Positions 18,666-28,018 of a DNA stretch of 52,991 nucleotides are shown piece by piece (the first letter of the stretch is position 1; every line of letters begins with the position of its first letter). The position numbers and the translations under genes are program-made. The notes under the pieces are model-generated. The model worked only from the letters and a program-made list of their open reading frames with translations. It was not told the DNA's origin and did no database searches. Origin of the DNA: Patescibacteria group bacterium (GTDB lineage: Bacteria; Patescibacteriota; Minisyncoccia; Phycocordibacterales; UBA9973); assembly GCA_018816985.1 (NCBI GenBank), contig JAHIVA010000021.1, forward strand, positions 1-52,991, given 5' to 3'.

Positions 18666-19232
18666 ATGAAAAAAAGTTTTTGCTACTCGTTCTTTTTGTC
18701 GTTCTTTTTGGTTTTTTTTGCGGGGTGCGCTCATATGCTGGCACCCCAGCAGGGACTCGAAAAGGGGGAAAGGTTGTCGCTCGCCATAGCGAGCGTAACC
18801 TTCCATTCGGCGCTTGTCGAAGCGCCGAATGGGAACAGGGTTGAGGTTGATGTGTCCTCTCCCATTCGTAGCGACAAGTACGCGGCGGTCTTCGTCGCGG
18901 CCACAAAAAAAACCCTACTTGAAGGGTTTCGCGTCAGGGGAGTTATCATAGACCCTGATGCGATAACAAGGTTAGAAGTTGTTATCGCCGAGAGCTATCG
19001 CTCTCTCGCGGTCGTGCGGCTGATGGTGGGTCGCATTACGCGAGATGGAGAGACGGTCGAGGCACGAACGTCTCGGTGGACACCTGATCCTGCGCGTAAC
19101 GCCTTTGATATGGATGGGTGGCGCAATCTATCCGCGGCGAAGACCGCCGCGTGGTTTATGGGAGAGGATCTCATAAATGAGATCTTAAATTCCCTTCGTA
19201 AGAAGGGAGAGATGAGGAGGAAGGAGAAATAG
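18666..19232 (+). CDS. GC-rich hypothetical lipoprotein
   Basis: Start moved to MKKSFCYSFF at 18666 (AAAGGAG SD); lipobox FAGC. Confidence 0.75.
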   Translation: MKKSFCYSFFLSFFLVFFAGCAHMLAPQQGLEKGERLSLAIASVTFHSALVEAPNGNRVEVDVSSPIRSDKYAAVFVAATKKTLLEGFRVRGVIIDPDAITRLEVVIAESYRSLAVVRLMVGRITRDGETVEARTSRWTPDPARNAFDMDGWRNLSAAKTAAWFMGEDLINEILNSLRKKGEMRRKEK

Positions 19233-19247
19233 CATATGGAAATTTCC

Positions 19248-19290
19248 AAATGCCCAGCCGAGCCTTAGCTCGGCTGGGCATTTTATTTTT
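19248..19290 (+). terminator. GC-rich hairpin, TGCCCAG family copy 3
   Basis: AAATGCCCAGCCGAGC-CTTA-GCTCGGCTGGGCATTT followed by a T-rich tail. Confidence 0.85.
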
Positions 19291-19418
19291 ATCTATTTTT
19301 ATTATAAATATTGAGAAAAGTTATCCACAGTTTTTGTTTGAATAATATCTCGCCTGGTTTTTTGTGATATAATTTAGATTGTCGAAAACTTAAAATAATT
19401 AAAATAAGTACATAAATA

Positions 19419-19676
19419 ATGGAACAAAATATTTCAAACGATAATTTTAAATTATGGACAAAATGGTTTTGGATTGGCATTGTAATCGCAATTCTTAGTA
19501 TGGTTTCTGGTATTGTGTATGGTATTGCACTTTCTCTAGAGAAAGACTATCGGAAAGAAGGAATTATCATTATTGTTGTTGCCATCGCGTGGTTTTTATT
19601 TGCTATGTTTATTCTTGGTCCATGGCTCAAGAGCGTAGGAGTGTTGCCGAATTATCAGTTGTTACAGATACGCTAA
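19419..19676 (+). CDS. Small two-TM membrane protein
   Basis: Two hydrophobic helices; 7 nt upstream of the first giant surface-protein gene. Confidence 0.7.
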   Translation: MEQNISNDNFKLWTKWFWIGIVIAILSMVSGIVYGIALSLEKDYRKEGIIIIVVAIAWFLFAMFILGPWLKSVGVLPNYQLLQIR

Positions 19677-19683
19677 TAATTTT

Positions 19684-21858
19684 ATGAGGAATTTTTTTAA
19701 AAATAAAATAATAATTTTGTTTCTTATTTTTTCTATAATATTTTTTGTACCGACGCAGACTGCACAGGCTGGTGACGCACTTGGAACTGTTCTTTCAGTA
19801 TTGACGACTGTGGTTGCTGTTGCCGCAGTAATTATTCAACCGGAGCTTGCTTTGACGATGGGAGCCTTTCTTATAGCTGATGGAAGCGTCATTGGTTTAA
19901 CGGGTGTTATCACGACCATCGCGCTAACAGGGAGTGTTTCAACAGGGATCATTGCGTGTGTTACCGGTTTAGTTTGTCCAGACGGACAGAATGGTGGAGT
20001 GATATTATTACCGACAACAACAGAACTTGCAACAAGTTGTAATTTTCAGATTCCAGTCACTTTTTATATTCCACGCTTGAACGAACAAGTTGATGAATCT
20101 GATAGACAGGTAGCTATATATCGATTCACGCAGCCAACGAGCGTTACTCAAGCTGTGCTCAATGATTGGTTTATAAATCAAATTCCGGCATCGGTTGGTG
20201 ATGGATGGATGGACGCTTGTACGTATAATTATTATACAGGTGGTGAATATAGTGAGACTCTTTGTTCAACTGAGGGTAGTTACAAAATCTCTTCGGAATC
20301 TACTCGACTAGTTACTTTAAATTATTCTGACTTTTGCTTAGGCAATGTTTGCGAATTTACAGATGCGACTGTACCCGAAAATTCCTATGTAGCTTACGTG
20401 GCAAAAATTTTAGGTAACTATAGTTATAGTGCTCAAACAATAATTGGTGGCATTTCGGAAGGATATATCGCCGATTCTGTTGATACTCGTCCAAACAAAT
20501 TTTTAAACAACGACGATAACCCTTCGTATGCATATTTTCCTCCCTATAACAATACAATTGGTAACGCAATCGTGGGGCCCTACCAAGTAGGAACGCCAGA
20601 CTGCCCTGTGTGTGATAATGGTGCGAATAATTATCCAGATTGTAATACTTGCACTACTCCATTGAAATGGAGTGTATTGTCATCGTCTTGTGTTGATACC
20701 ACCGGAAAGTGTACGAACGATGTATGCAATAACGGTGCAAATAATTGTCCTGATTGTACGACCTGCACTCCACCATACACTATGGTAAACAACGTGTGTG
20801 CGACACCTACGAAAATAGATGGAGTCTGCTCTTCTCCAGCTGTTCATTTTACTTGTGCCTTTGGTACAAGCATTAACAATGCCGGAGGGGCAACAGCCTA
20901 TACATGGTCCTGTGCTGGTGTAAATGGTGGCGCTACCGATTCGTGTTCCGAACCCAAAAGTCAATATTCTTGCACCAATTTACCTTCAAATGCAAACAAT
21001 TTTGCCGCACCGGATAATACCGACCTAACATCCAATACCTCTTACACCTATTCAGCAGTTGGTGATACTCCAACGAAATGCGAATTTAACTGTAATATTG
21101 GTTATATGTGGAATGGAGCTAGTTGTGTCGCAACCACCTGTCCTAATGGTGCCAACAATCCTCCTACTTGTACATTTTCTGCACCATCTACCACCTCCGC
21201 AACTTGTACAGTTTCGCCCACTACTCTCAATTGGGAAAATACAGGCACTACTCGTTATTACTTAGTAACAAAAGTTGATGGTGTGGAAACTCCACACTGG
21301 GTTCTTAATGCAAATTCCTATTCTCTTACCACTTCCCCAGGGAAAACGTATCAATTTTGGGTGCATTCTTGCACTGCTCAAGATGTTTGTACTTGGAATG
21401 AGGTTTCTCCTGTAACAACATTTACTTGTCCTACTTTAAATACACTCACAATCACCAAAGCCGGTACAGGGGGTGGTACAGTTACTAGCAGTCCTGCGGG
21501 GATTAATTGTGGTTCGTCTTGTTCGATTCCATATGCTTCTGGAATTCCTGTTTCTCTAACTGCTACGCCGAATGGTTCGTCTCAATTTACCAGTTGGTCT
21601 GGTGACACTGACTGTAATGATGGGAGTGTAACAATGAATTCTAGTAAAACTTGTATTGCAACCTTTAATCTAACGCCTGCTAATCCTACGCAAGCTGACC
21701 TCACGGTTCAAAACCTCTCTGTTTCTGGTAATTTAACTGCTGGCAATTCTCTTTCTTTTTCTGCTACCATTAGAAATCAGGGAGCCGGTTTATCTGAAAA
21801 CTTCACTAAGCCTTTTGCAAATGTGTTGGCTTTATTAGTTAAAGAATTAAATAAATAA
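19684..21858 (+). CDS. Large Cys-rich secreted surface protein A
   Basis: Signal peptide, CxNGANNxPxC repeats, DGxC...WxCxGxNGG module, FN3-like module, InlB B-repeat-like TKAGTGGGTVTSSPAGINCG; ends in the N-terminal part of a CARDB domain. Confidence 0.85.
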   Translation: MRNFFKNKIIILFLIFSIIFFVPTQTAQAGDALGTVLSVLTTVVAVAAVIIQPELALTMGAFLIADGSVIGLTGVITTIALTGSVSTGIIACVTGLVCPDGQNGGVILLPTTTELATSCNFQIPVTFYIPRLNEQVDESDRQVAIYRFTQPTSVTQAVLNDWFINQIPASVGDGWMDACTYNYYTGGEYSETLCSTEGSYKISSESTRLVTLNYSDFCLGNVCEFTDATVPENSYVAYVAKILGNYSYSAQTIIGGISEGYIADSVDTRPNKFLNNDDNPSYAYFPPYNNTIGNAIVGPYQVGTPDCPVCDNGANNYPDCNTCTTPLKWSVLSSSCVDTTGKCTNDVCNNGANNCPDCTTCTPPYTMVNNVCATPTKIDGVCSSPAVHFTCAFGTSINNAGGATAYTWSCAGVNGGATDSCSEPKSQYSCTNLPSNANNFAAPDNTDLTSNTSYTYSAVGDTPTKCEFNCNIGYMWNGASCVATTCPNGANNPPTCTFSAPSTTSATCTVSPTTLNWENTGTTRYYLVTKVDGVETPHWVLNANSYSLTTSPGKTYQFWVHSCTAQDVCTWNEVSPVTTFTCPTLNTLTITKAGTGGGTVTSSPAGINCGSSCSIPYASGIPVSLTATPNGSSQFTSWSGDTDCNDGSVTMNSSKTCIATFNLTPANPTQADLTVQNLSVSGNLTAGNSLSFSATIRNQGAGLSENFTKPFANVLALLVKELNK

Positions 21859-21859
21859 T

Positions 21860-22222
21860 ATGGAACAAAAAACAAAATTTTCTATTTTAGCAGTGTTGGT
21901 TATCATTATTATAGTAAGTGGAGCATATTTGTTTAAAGGAGAAGAGTCAGCGAATCAGCCATCTTTTCCTTCAGAAAACAGTCAAGCATTGCAAAAGATT
22001 GATCGTGAGATTAATGGGAAAATTCGTTCAATTAATGAAAAAGCTGTGTATGTTGAACTTGAAGATGGTAATGGTTTTGCTATTGGTATAAGTTCAAGTA
22101 CCTTTGTTGTCACTCAAGGTATTTCCGACCTAGGCACACTCGCTGATTTAAAAGAAGGACAGAGTATTACAGCTAGCGTGGATGTTGCTGATAATGCAAT
22201 TCAGATTTTAATAAAGAAATAA
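21860..22222 (+). CDS. Small membrane-anchored beta-barrel (OB-fold/DUF5666-like) protein
   Basis: N-terminal TM helix; INGKIRSINE...LADLKEGQSITASV pattern. Fold assignment is an inference. Confidence 0.65.
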   Translation: MEQKTKFSILAVLVIIIIVSGAYLFKGEESANQPSFPSENSQALQKIDREINGKIRSINEKAVYVELEDGNGFAIGISSSTFVVTQGISDLGTLADLKEGQSITASVDVADNAIQILIKK

Positions 22223-22226
22223 AATT

Positions 22227-24947
22227 ATGAAAAAAATATTTTTTATATGTCTCGTTGTAGTAGCTAGCGCAATGTTGTATACCAACACTGTCTATGCTAC
22301 TACTGTGGGTTCTGGAAGTTGCACACCGCGAGACCACAACCTATCAAACTATGATCCATTTTATCCAAACGACTGGTGGTGCGACAGCTGGTCTTTTAGT
22401 GGAGCTGCTGCTGGTGGGCCAAGTTGTAGTATCGGTTATGTTGGAGGACAAACGTATTTTTACAAAACAGGTGGTCTGATTGGGTTTAGTTGTTATGCAA
22501 ATGATAACAATTGTGCCGCCAGTACGTGTATTGGATCATCTTGTTGGAATAGTTATCAATGGGTAAGCGGAACCAAAACCTGTAACGTAGATAATGGTTG
22601 TGCCGCGAATACTTGTTCAACTTCATCTTGTTGGAATAGTTATCAATGGGTAAGCGGAACCAAAACCTGTAATGTAGACAATGGTTGTGCCGCAAATACT
22701 TGTGTTGGGTCAACTTGTTGGAATAGCTATCAATGGAGGAGTGGCACCAAGACTTGCAACGTAGATAATGGTTGCGCCGCGAGTACTTGTAGTTACAATA
22801 CTTGTTATAATAGCTATCAATGGGTTCAAGGAACGAATATAAATGCCTGTCCAGTGCCAAGTCTTTCGTCTGCTTCTTGCCCGTCGCCTGGCACTACAGC
22901 ATCATTAAGTTGGTCTAATACTGGTGCGCCACGCTATTATTTAGTAACAAGGAATGTGACTGATGGTAGCGGGGACTCGCCACAGTGGGTGTATACGAAT
23001 TCAGGGTCCATCTCTACGACTCCTGGGAAGACTTATTGGTTTTGGGCGCATTCTTGTACTTCCGGTGGTACTTGCAATTGGAATTCATCCAGTCCTCAAT
23101 ATAAAAGTTTTACCTGTACTGCCCCAGCAGTCCCAACCATCACTTTCACCGCTTCTCCGTCCGTGGCATACAATGGTCGCGCAACCTTAACATGGAGTTC
23201 TCAAAATGCTACCAGCTGTGTTTCCACCGGCCCTTGGTCAGCCCTACCTATTAGTGGAGGTAGTGGTCTTACTGATCCTTTAACTTCTAACACAACCTTC
23301 ACTTTCCGTTGCACAGGTCCCGGAGGAACTACAGCAACAATATCAAGGACGGTGACGGTTGGCATAATTCCTGCCCCAAATTCATTATCAGCAACCTGTT
23401 CTGTTTCTTCTGCGTCTCTTAGTTGGCAGAACACTGGCGCATCCCTTTATTATTTAGTTACCAGAAATGTAACTGATGGTGGTGCCGATGTCGCAAAGTG
23501 GGTATATACAAATTATAGTTCTGTTCCGACGGTTCCAGGTAAGACGTACCAGTTTTGGGTTCATTCCTGTACTGCTCAAGACGTTTGCAACTGGGTAGAG
23601 CATTCTCCGGTGACAACACTTACGTGTCAAAACGCGCCGACCGGTCTTACCGCTTCCTGTCCGTTGCCTGGAAATAATGCGATACTTTCTTGGAACGCTT
23701 CTAATGGAGCCAGTTATTATGCTGTTCGTATTGACGACACGACGAAAGGCATAAATGACGATACCTGCAGCGGTGCCACTGGCGATTCTTGTCCTTGGCC
23801 GACCACTAATTCGTATTCTTTTATTCCGATTCCTGGTGATTCATATCGTTTTTGGGTTCACGCTTGTAGTGCTATTAATGTGTGTAATTGGGAAGATTCA
23901 AGTCCTCAAGAAGTAGTATTTACTTGCGTGGCACCGATGACCCAAGCTAGTTTGGAAATAGATTTAAACAATAATGGAAGCTATGACGTTACCTTGCCAA
24001 GTGTATCTGTAAAAGCTTTGGGTGCTGGTGGCGCGGAAACAGTTAATTGGACAGGAGCAAATGCATGGACCGCAGTTGCTGGAACTCACAAGTTCAGAAT
24101 TTGCGCTGATGCCTTAAATTCATCATCAGAGTCAAATGAAAGTAACAATTGCTCTACTGGTATTTTTACTGTGGAAGAATCTGAGATTGAGATGACTGGT
24201 TCACTCTCTATTCCGTCTTGTACTATTAGTAATGGAGGAAGTACTTGTACGACATTAGCGTCATGGTCTACAGAAAATCCAGAAGCAACATCTGCGATTA
24301 CCAAAGATGGGGTAAATGGAAATTATAAAACAGGGAATAATAAAACAGATGAACCGTTTACCCTTCCTTATGGTTCTTCAACCTTTAGGCTTTATAATCA
24401 TTCCAAATTACTTGATACTGTTGTTGTGACTGCGGGTTGTAGTACGTCACCAGTTTATACTGTTTGGAATACAGACAATGAAAGATGTGAAACTATTCTT
24501 GCTACTCTTTCTGCTTCACTTGAAGCTAGTCCTTCAAGTGGGGTAGTGCCTTTGTCTAGCACTCTCACGGCTACGCGTACTGGCGGTACTGCTTCGGGAG
24601 CTATCAGTTATAGATTTAAATGTAAAACTAGTAATTCTTGGAGTTCTTCTCAGTCCTCTAATTCTTATTCTTGTAATTATCCATTAGCCAATACCTACAC
24701 AGCTTCTGCTGAAGTTACACAACAAGGAGTGACAGCAATTCCTACCACAACAATTACGGTTAATCCTCCTGCAGTTGATGGATCCTGTCTTTCTCCGGCT
24801 ATTCATTATAATTGTCCTGCCGGCAGTACAAGCCTTGAGGAATTAAGTAGTCCAAGCCGTTGGACATGGAGATGTACAGGCTTAAATGGAGGAGATCCTA
24901 GCCCTCAATGTTTTGAGAGAAAAAGTCCTGGATTTATAGAGAATTAA
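22227..24947 (+). CDS. Large Cys-rich secreted surface protein B
   Basis: Signal peptide, four 29-aa Cys repeats, three FN3-like modules (PGKTYxFWxHSC), C-terminal part of a CARDB domain, PKD-like ASPSSGVVPL domain, C-terminal KSPGFIEN. Confidence 0.85.
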   Translation: MKKIFFICLVVVASAMLYTNTVYATTVGSGSCTPRDHNLSNYDPFYPNDWWCDSWSFSGAAAGGPSCSIGYVGGQTYFYKTGGLIGFSCYANDNNCAASTCIGSSCWNSYQWVSGTKTCNVDNGCAANTCSTSSCWNSYQWVSGTKTCNVDNGCAANTCVGSTCWNSYQWRSGTKTCNVDNGCAASTCSYNTCYNSYQWVQGTNINACPVPSLSSASCPSPGTTASLSWSNTGAPRYYLVTRNVTDGSGDSPQWVYTNSGSISTTPGKTYWFWAHSCTSGGTCNWNSSSPQYKSFTCTAPAVPTITFTASPSVAYNGRATLTWSSQNATSCVSTGPWSALPISGGSGLTDPLTSNTTFTFRCTGPGGTTATISRTVTVGIIPAPNSLSATCSVSSASLSWQNTGASLYYLVTRNVTDGGADVAKWVYTNYSSVPTVPGKTYQFWVHSCTAQDVCNWVEHSPVTTLTCQNAPTGLTASCPLPGNNAILSWNASNGASYYAVRIDDTTKGINDDTCSGATGDSCPWPTTNSYSFIPIPGDSYRFWVHACSAINVCNWEDSSPQEVVFTCVAPMTQASLEIDLNNNGSYDVTLPSVSVKALGAGGAETVNWTGANAWTAVAGTHKFRICADALNSSSESNESNNCSTGIFTVEESEIEMTGSLSIPSCTISNGGSTCTTLASWSTENPEATSAITKDGVNGNYKTGNNKTDEPFTLPYGSSTFRLYNHSKLLDTVVVTAGCSTSPVYTVWNTDNERCETILATLSASLEASPSSGVVPLSSTLTATRTGGTASGAISYRFKCKTSNSWSSSQSSNSYSCNYPLANTYTASAEVTQQGVTAIPTTTITVNPPAVDGSCLSPAIHYNCPAGSTSLEELSSPSRWTWRCTGLNGGDPSPQCFERKSPGFIEN
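22503..22850 (+). repeat. 87-bp coding tandem repeat x4 (DNGCAANTCxxxxCWNSYQWVSGTKTCNV)
   Basis: Units start at 22503, 22590, 22677 and 22764. Confidence 0.9.
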
Positions 24948-24952
24948 AAAAT

Positions 24953-24999
24953 TAACAAAAAATCTACCCAAAACAAACATTTGAGTAGATTTTTTGTTA
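24953..24999 (+). terminator. Long hairpin between surface protein B and pilB, overlapping the pilB -10 element
   Basis: TAACAAAAAATCTAC pairs with GTAGATTTTTTGTTA. Confidence 0.7.
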
Positions 25000-25010
25000 T
25001 ACTATAAGAG

Positions 25011-26765
25011 ATGCAAATTAATGAAGAACAGTTAAAAAAATTTATTTTAGACGGAGGGCTTGTGTCAAAGGCAGACCTAGAAGAAGCATTTAAAAAAGCC
25101 GAAATTAAAAAACAAAAAATTGGTGACATTTTACTTTCGGACGGTAAAATATCTGAAACAGATTTAAAGCGAATGGAAGCTTTTGTTTTAGGTATACCTT
25201 TTGTTAACTTAAATAATCAAAAAATAGATTTTTCCGTACTTTCTCTTATTCCTGAACCAATTGCGCGCAATTATAATATTGTGGCTTATAAAAAAAACGA
25301 AGATAGTTTAGAAATAGCAATGCTGGATGTGGATGATTTGCCGATGATTGATTTTATAAAAAAACGTTCCGGATTAAAAATTTTACCTCGGCTGACTGAT
25401 ACTATTTCTATTAGATCTGTTTTAGTTCAGTATCGGCAAAGTCTTAAATCTGAATTTCGAGACATTATTCAAAAAGAGAGTACGAAATTAAATCTTTCAG
25501 GAGAAGAAGAAAAAAACACCGAAAAATCTGACTTAGAACTAAAAGAAATAGCAGAAGGTTTGCCAGTAATAAAGATAGTTGATTCTTTGATTTTTCATGC
25601 AATTTTACAAAATGCCTCTGATATTCATATTGAACCTGGGGAAAAGGAACTTACGGTTCGTTATCGAATAGATGGTATTCTGCACGACGCGATGGTTTTG
25701 GATAAAAATGCCGGTTCCGGAATAACGGCACGTATCAAAGTATTGTCCAATTTAAAACTAGATGAAAAACGCTTACCTCAAGACGGCAGGTTTAAAATAG
25801 AACAAAATGGAGAAAAAATTTCTTTTCGTGTTTCTACTCTGCCTACCTTTTTTGGAGAAAAGACAGTAATTAGAATATTGAAAGAGAATGCTCACGGTTT
25901 TTCTTTAGAAATATTGGGTTTTCATGTTGAAGGGTTGGAAAGAATTCATAATTCATTAAAACAAAAAACTGGAATGGTCCTTGCGACTGGTCCAACAGGT
26001 AGTGGTAAAACGACAACTCTTTATACTATGTTAGATATTTTAAATAGACCGGAAGTTAATATTTCAACAGTTGAAGATCCTATTGAATACCAGATGCTGA
26101 GAGTTAACCAGACTCAAGTTAAACCGGAAATTGGGTTGTCTTTTGCTAATGGCTTACGTTCATTATTACGTCAAGATCCAGATATAATCATGGTGGGAGA
26201 AATTCGTGATGGTGAAACAGCCGGATTAGCTGTCAACGCATCCCTGACGGGTCATTTGGTTCTTTCTACTATCCACACCAATTCGGCAGCAGGGGCTATT
26301 CCGAGGCTGATGGATATGGGAGTAGAGCCTTTTTTGATTACTGCCACTGTGAAGACAATTATTGCGCAAAGGTTGGTGCGTAAACTTACATCCAATAAAG
26401 AAAAATATTTTTTAAATTCTGCTGAAATAAAAAATCTGGCGAAAGTTGTCGATTTAGAGAGAATTTTAGATTTTTTAAAAACTGAAAATGTTATAGGTCC
26501 GAAAGATACTTGGGATAAAGTTCCTTTTTTTAGGCCGGTAAAGAGCACTGAATTTGAGGATGGGTATTCCAGCCGTACTGGTATGCATGAAGTGTTGAAG
26601 GTTACCCCTACGATCAAAGAAATGATTATCAAAGGTAGTTCTCAGGACGACATTGAAGCCCAAGCAAAAAAAGAGGGGATGATGACTATGATTGAAGATG
26701 GAGTTTTTCAGGCAGTCTTGGGTGTAACCACCCTAGAGGAAGTATTTCGGGTTGTTTCGGAATAA
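25011..26765 (+). CDS. pilB: Type IV pilus assembly ATPase (PilB/GspE family)
   Basis: ASDIHIEP, RLPQDGR, Walker A GPTGSGKTT, LRQDPDIIMVGEIRD, TGHLVLSTIH. Confidence 0.93.
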   Translation: MQINEEQLKKFILDGGLVSKADLEEAFKKAEIKKQKIGDILLSDGKISETDLKRMEAFVLGIPFVNLNNQKIDFSVLSLIPEPIARNYNIVAYKKNEDSLEIAMLDVDDLPMIDFIKKRSGLKILPRLTDTISIRSVLVQYRQSLKSEFRDIIQKESTKLNLSGEEEKNTEKSDLELKEIAEGLPVIKIVDSLIFHAILQNASDIHIEPGEKELTVRYRIDGILHDAMVLDKNAGSGITARIKVLSNLKLDEKRLPQDGRFKIEQNGEKISFRVSTLPTFFGEKTVIRILKENAHGFSLEILGFHVEGLERIHNSLKQKTGMVLATGPTGSGKTTTLYTMLDILNRPEVNISTVEDPIEYQMLRVNQTQVKPEIGLSFANGLRSLLRQDPDIIMVGEIRDGETAGLAVNASLTGHLVLSTIHTNSAAGAIPRLMDMGVEPFLITATVKTIIAQRLVRKLTSNKEKYFLNSAEIKNLAKVVDLERILDFLKTENVIGPKDTWDKVPFFRPVKSTEFEDGYSSRTGMHEVLKVTPTIKEMIIKGSSQDDIEAQAKKEGMMTMIEDGVFQAVLGVTTLEEVFRVVSE

Positions 26766-26795
26766 TTTTTAATTTTAAAGTTTAATTAAATTAAT

Positions 26796-28013
26796 ATGCT
26801 TTTTTCATACAGCGCAAAATCGAAAACAGGAGAAATTTTTGAAAGCATTTTAGAGGCAACTGACCGCTATGCTCTTTCTCATGATTTACGTTCTCGCGGG
26901 TATATTCCTTTATCAATTACAGAAAAAAAGAAGGGTCTAGAGGAAAAGTTTTCAAATTTTTCCAATCTTTTTTTGAAAGTGAAAATTACAGAGCAGATTA
27001 TTTTTACTAAAAATTTGAGCGGAATGGTTAAAGCGGGGCTTTCTCTTTCTAGGGCTTTGTCGGTTTTAAAAAAACAGACAAAAAATCCCAAACTTAGTAA
27101 AATTTTAACTTCTGCTGTTAATGATATAAATGCTGGGGAAACTTTTTCTTCCGCGCTTTCTAAATTTCCCGATGTTTTTTCAAAACTTTTTATTTCTATG
27201 GTTCGCGCAGGAGAAGAGTCCGGTAATCTGGCCGGAGCACTTTCAGATATTGGATTAAATCTAGAAAAAACTAGTTCTTTGAATAAAAAAATAAAAGGTG
27301 CGCTTATTTATCCCGGGGTGATTATGTCGGCAATGGTGGTCATTGGTGTTTTGATGTTTGCTTTTGTGGTGCCGACACTAGCGAGCACATTTAAGGAACT
27401 TGGTGTTGTATTACCTTTTTCTACTCGGCTACTGATTTTTTTTGGTAATTTTTTTTCCAATAATCTAATTTTAACCTTTCTTCTTATTATTAGCGTGGCT
27501 TTTGGTTTATTTTCGCTTTTCCGCGCCAAGTTTATGGCGCCATATATTGATTTTATGATGCTAAAAATTCCGGTTATTAATGAATTGACTAGAGAATTAA
27601 ACAGCGCTCGCACTGCCCGTACCATCTCATCGTTATTACTTTCAGGTGTTTCTCTCACTCGGGCACTGGAAATAACCGAAGATGTGGTTCAAAATATTTA
27701 TTATAAAAAAATTTTAAACGAAGCAAAACTAGGGATAGAAAAAGGGGAACCTTTTTCACGGGTATTCATAGCTAATGTTAACTTGTATCCAGTGATGATG
27801 TCGGAGATGGTTCAAGTTGGGGAAGAAACTGGAAAATTATCTGATATGTTATTGCAAATTGCCTTGTTTTACGAAGGGGAAATTGAAAATAAGACAAAAA
27901 ATCTTTCTACAATTATTGAACCCCTTCTGATGGTTGTTATTGGTGTAGCAGTTGGTTTTTTCGCTATCTCGATGATTTCCCCGCTCTATTCAATTTTGGG
28001 TAGTATAAATTAA
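26796..28013 (+). CDS. pilC: Type IV pilus platform protein (PilC/GspF family)
   Basis: AGEESGNL, ALIYP, VGEETGKL, IIEPLLMVVIG. Confidence 0.93.
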   Translation: MLFSYSAKSKTGEIFESILEATDRYALSHDLRSRGYIPLSITEKKKGLEEKFSNFSNLFLKVKITEQIIFTKNLSGMVKAGLSLSRALSVLKKQTKNPKLSKILTSAVNDINAGETFSSALSKFPDVFSKLFISMVRAGEESGNLAGALSDIGLNLEKTSSLNKKIKGALIYPGVIMSAMVVIGVLMFAFVVPTLASTFKELGVVLPFSTRLLIFFGNFFSNNLILTFLLIISVAFGLFSLFRAKFMAPYIDFMMLKIPVINELTRELNSARTARTISSLLLSGVSLTRALEITEDVVQNIYYKKILNEAKLGIEKGEPFSRVFIANVNLYPVMMSEMVQVGEETGKLSDMLLQIALFYEGEIENKTKNLSTIIEPLLMVVIGVAVGFFAISMISPLYSILGSIN

Positions 28014-28018
28014 TTTAC

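Noticed and set aside
16580..19290. TGCCCAG hairpins as integron attC sites
   Set aside because: No RYYYAAC/GTTRRRY ends, too short, and no integrase in the window.
19321..19329. DnaA box TTATCCACA as a replication origin
   Set aside because: Single box with no cluster and no dnaA or dnaN nearby; at most a regulatory site.
22503..22850. Possible CRISPR array or DGR template/variable repeat
   Set aside because: Coding tandem repeats with mostly synonymous differences, no adenine-specific pattern that I could see, and no reverse transcriptase in the window.
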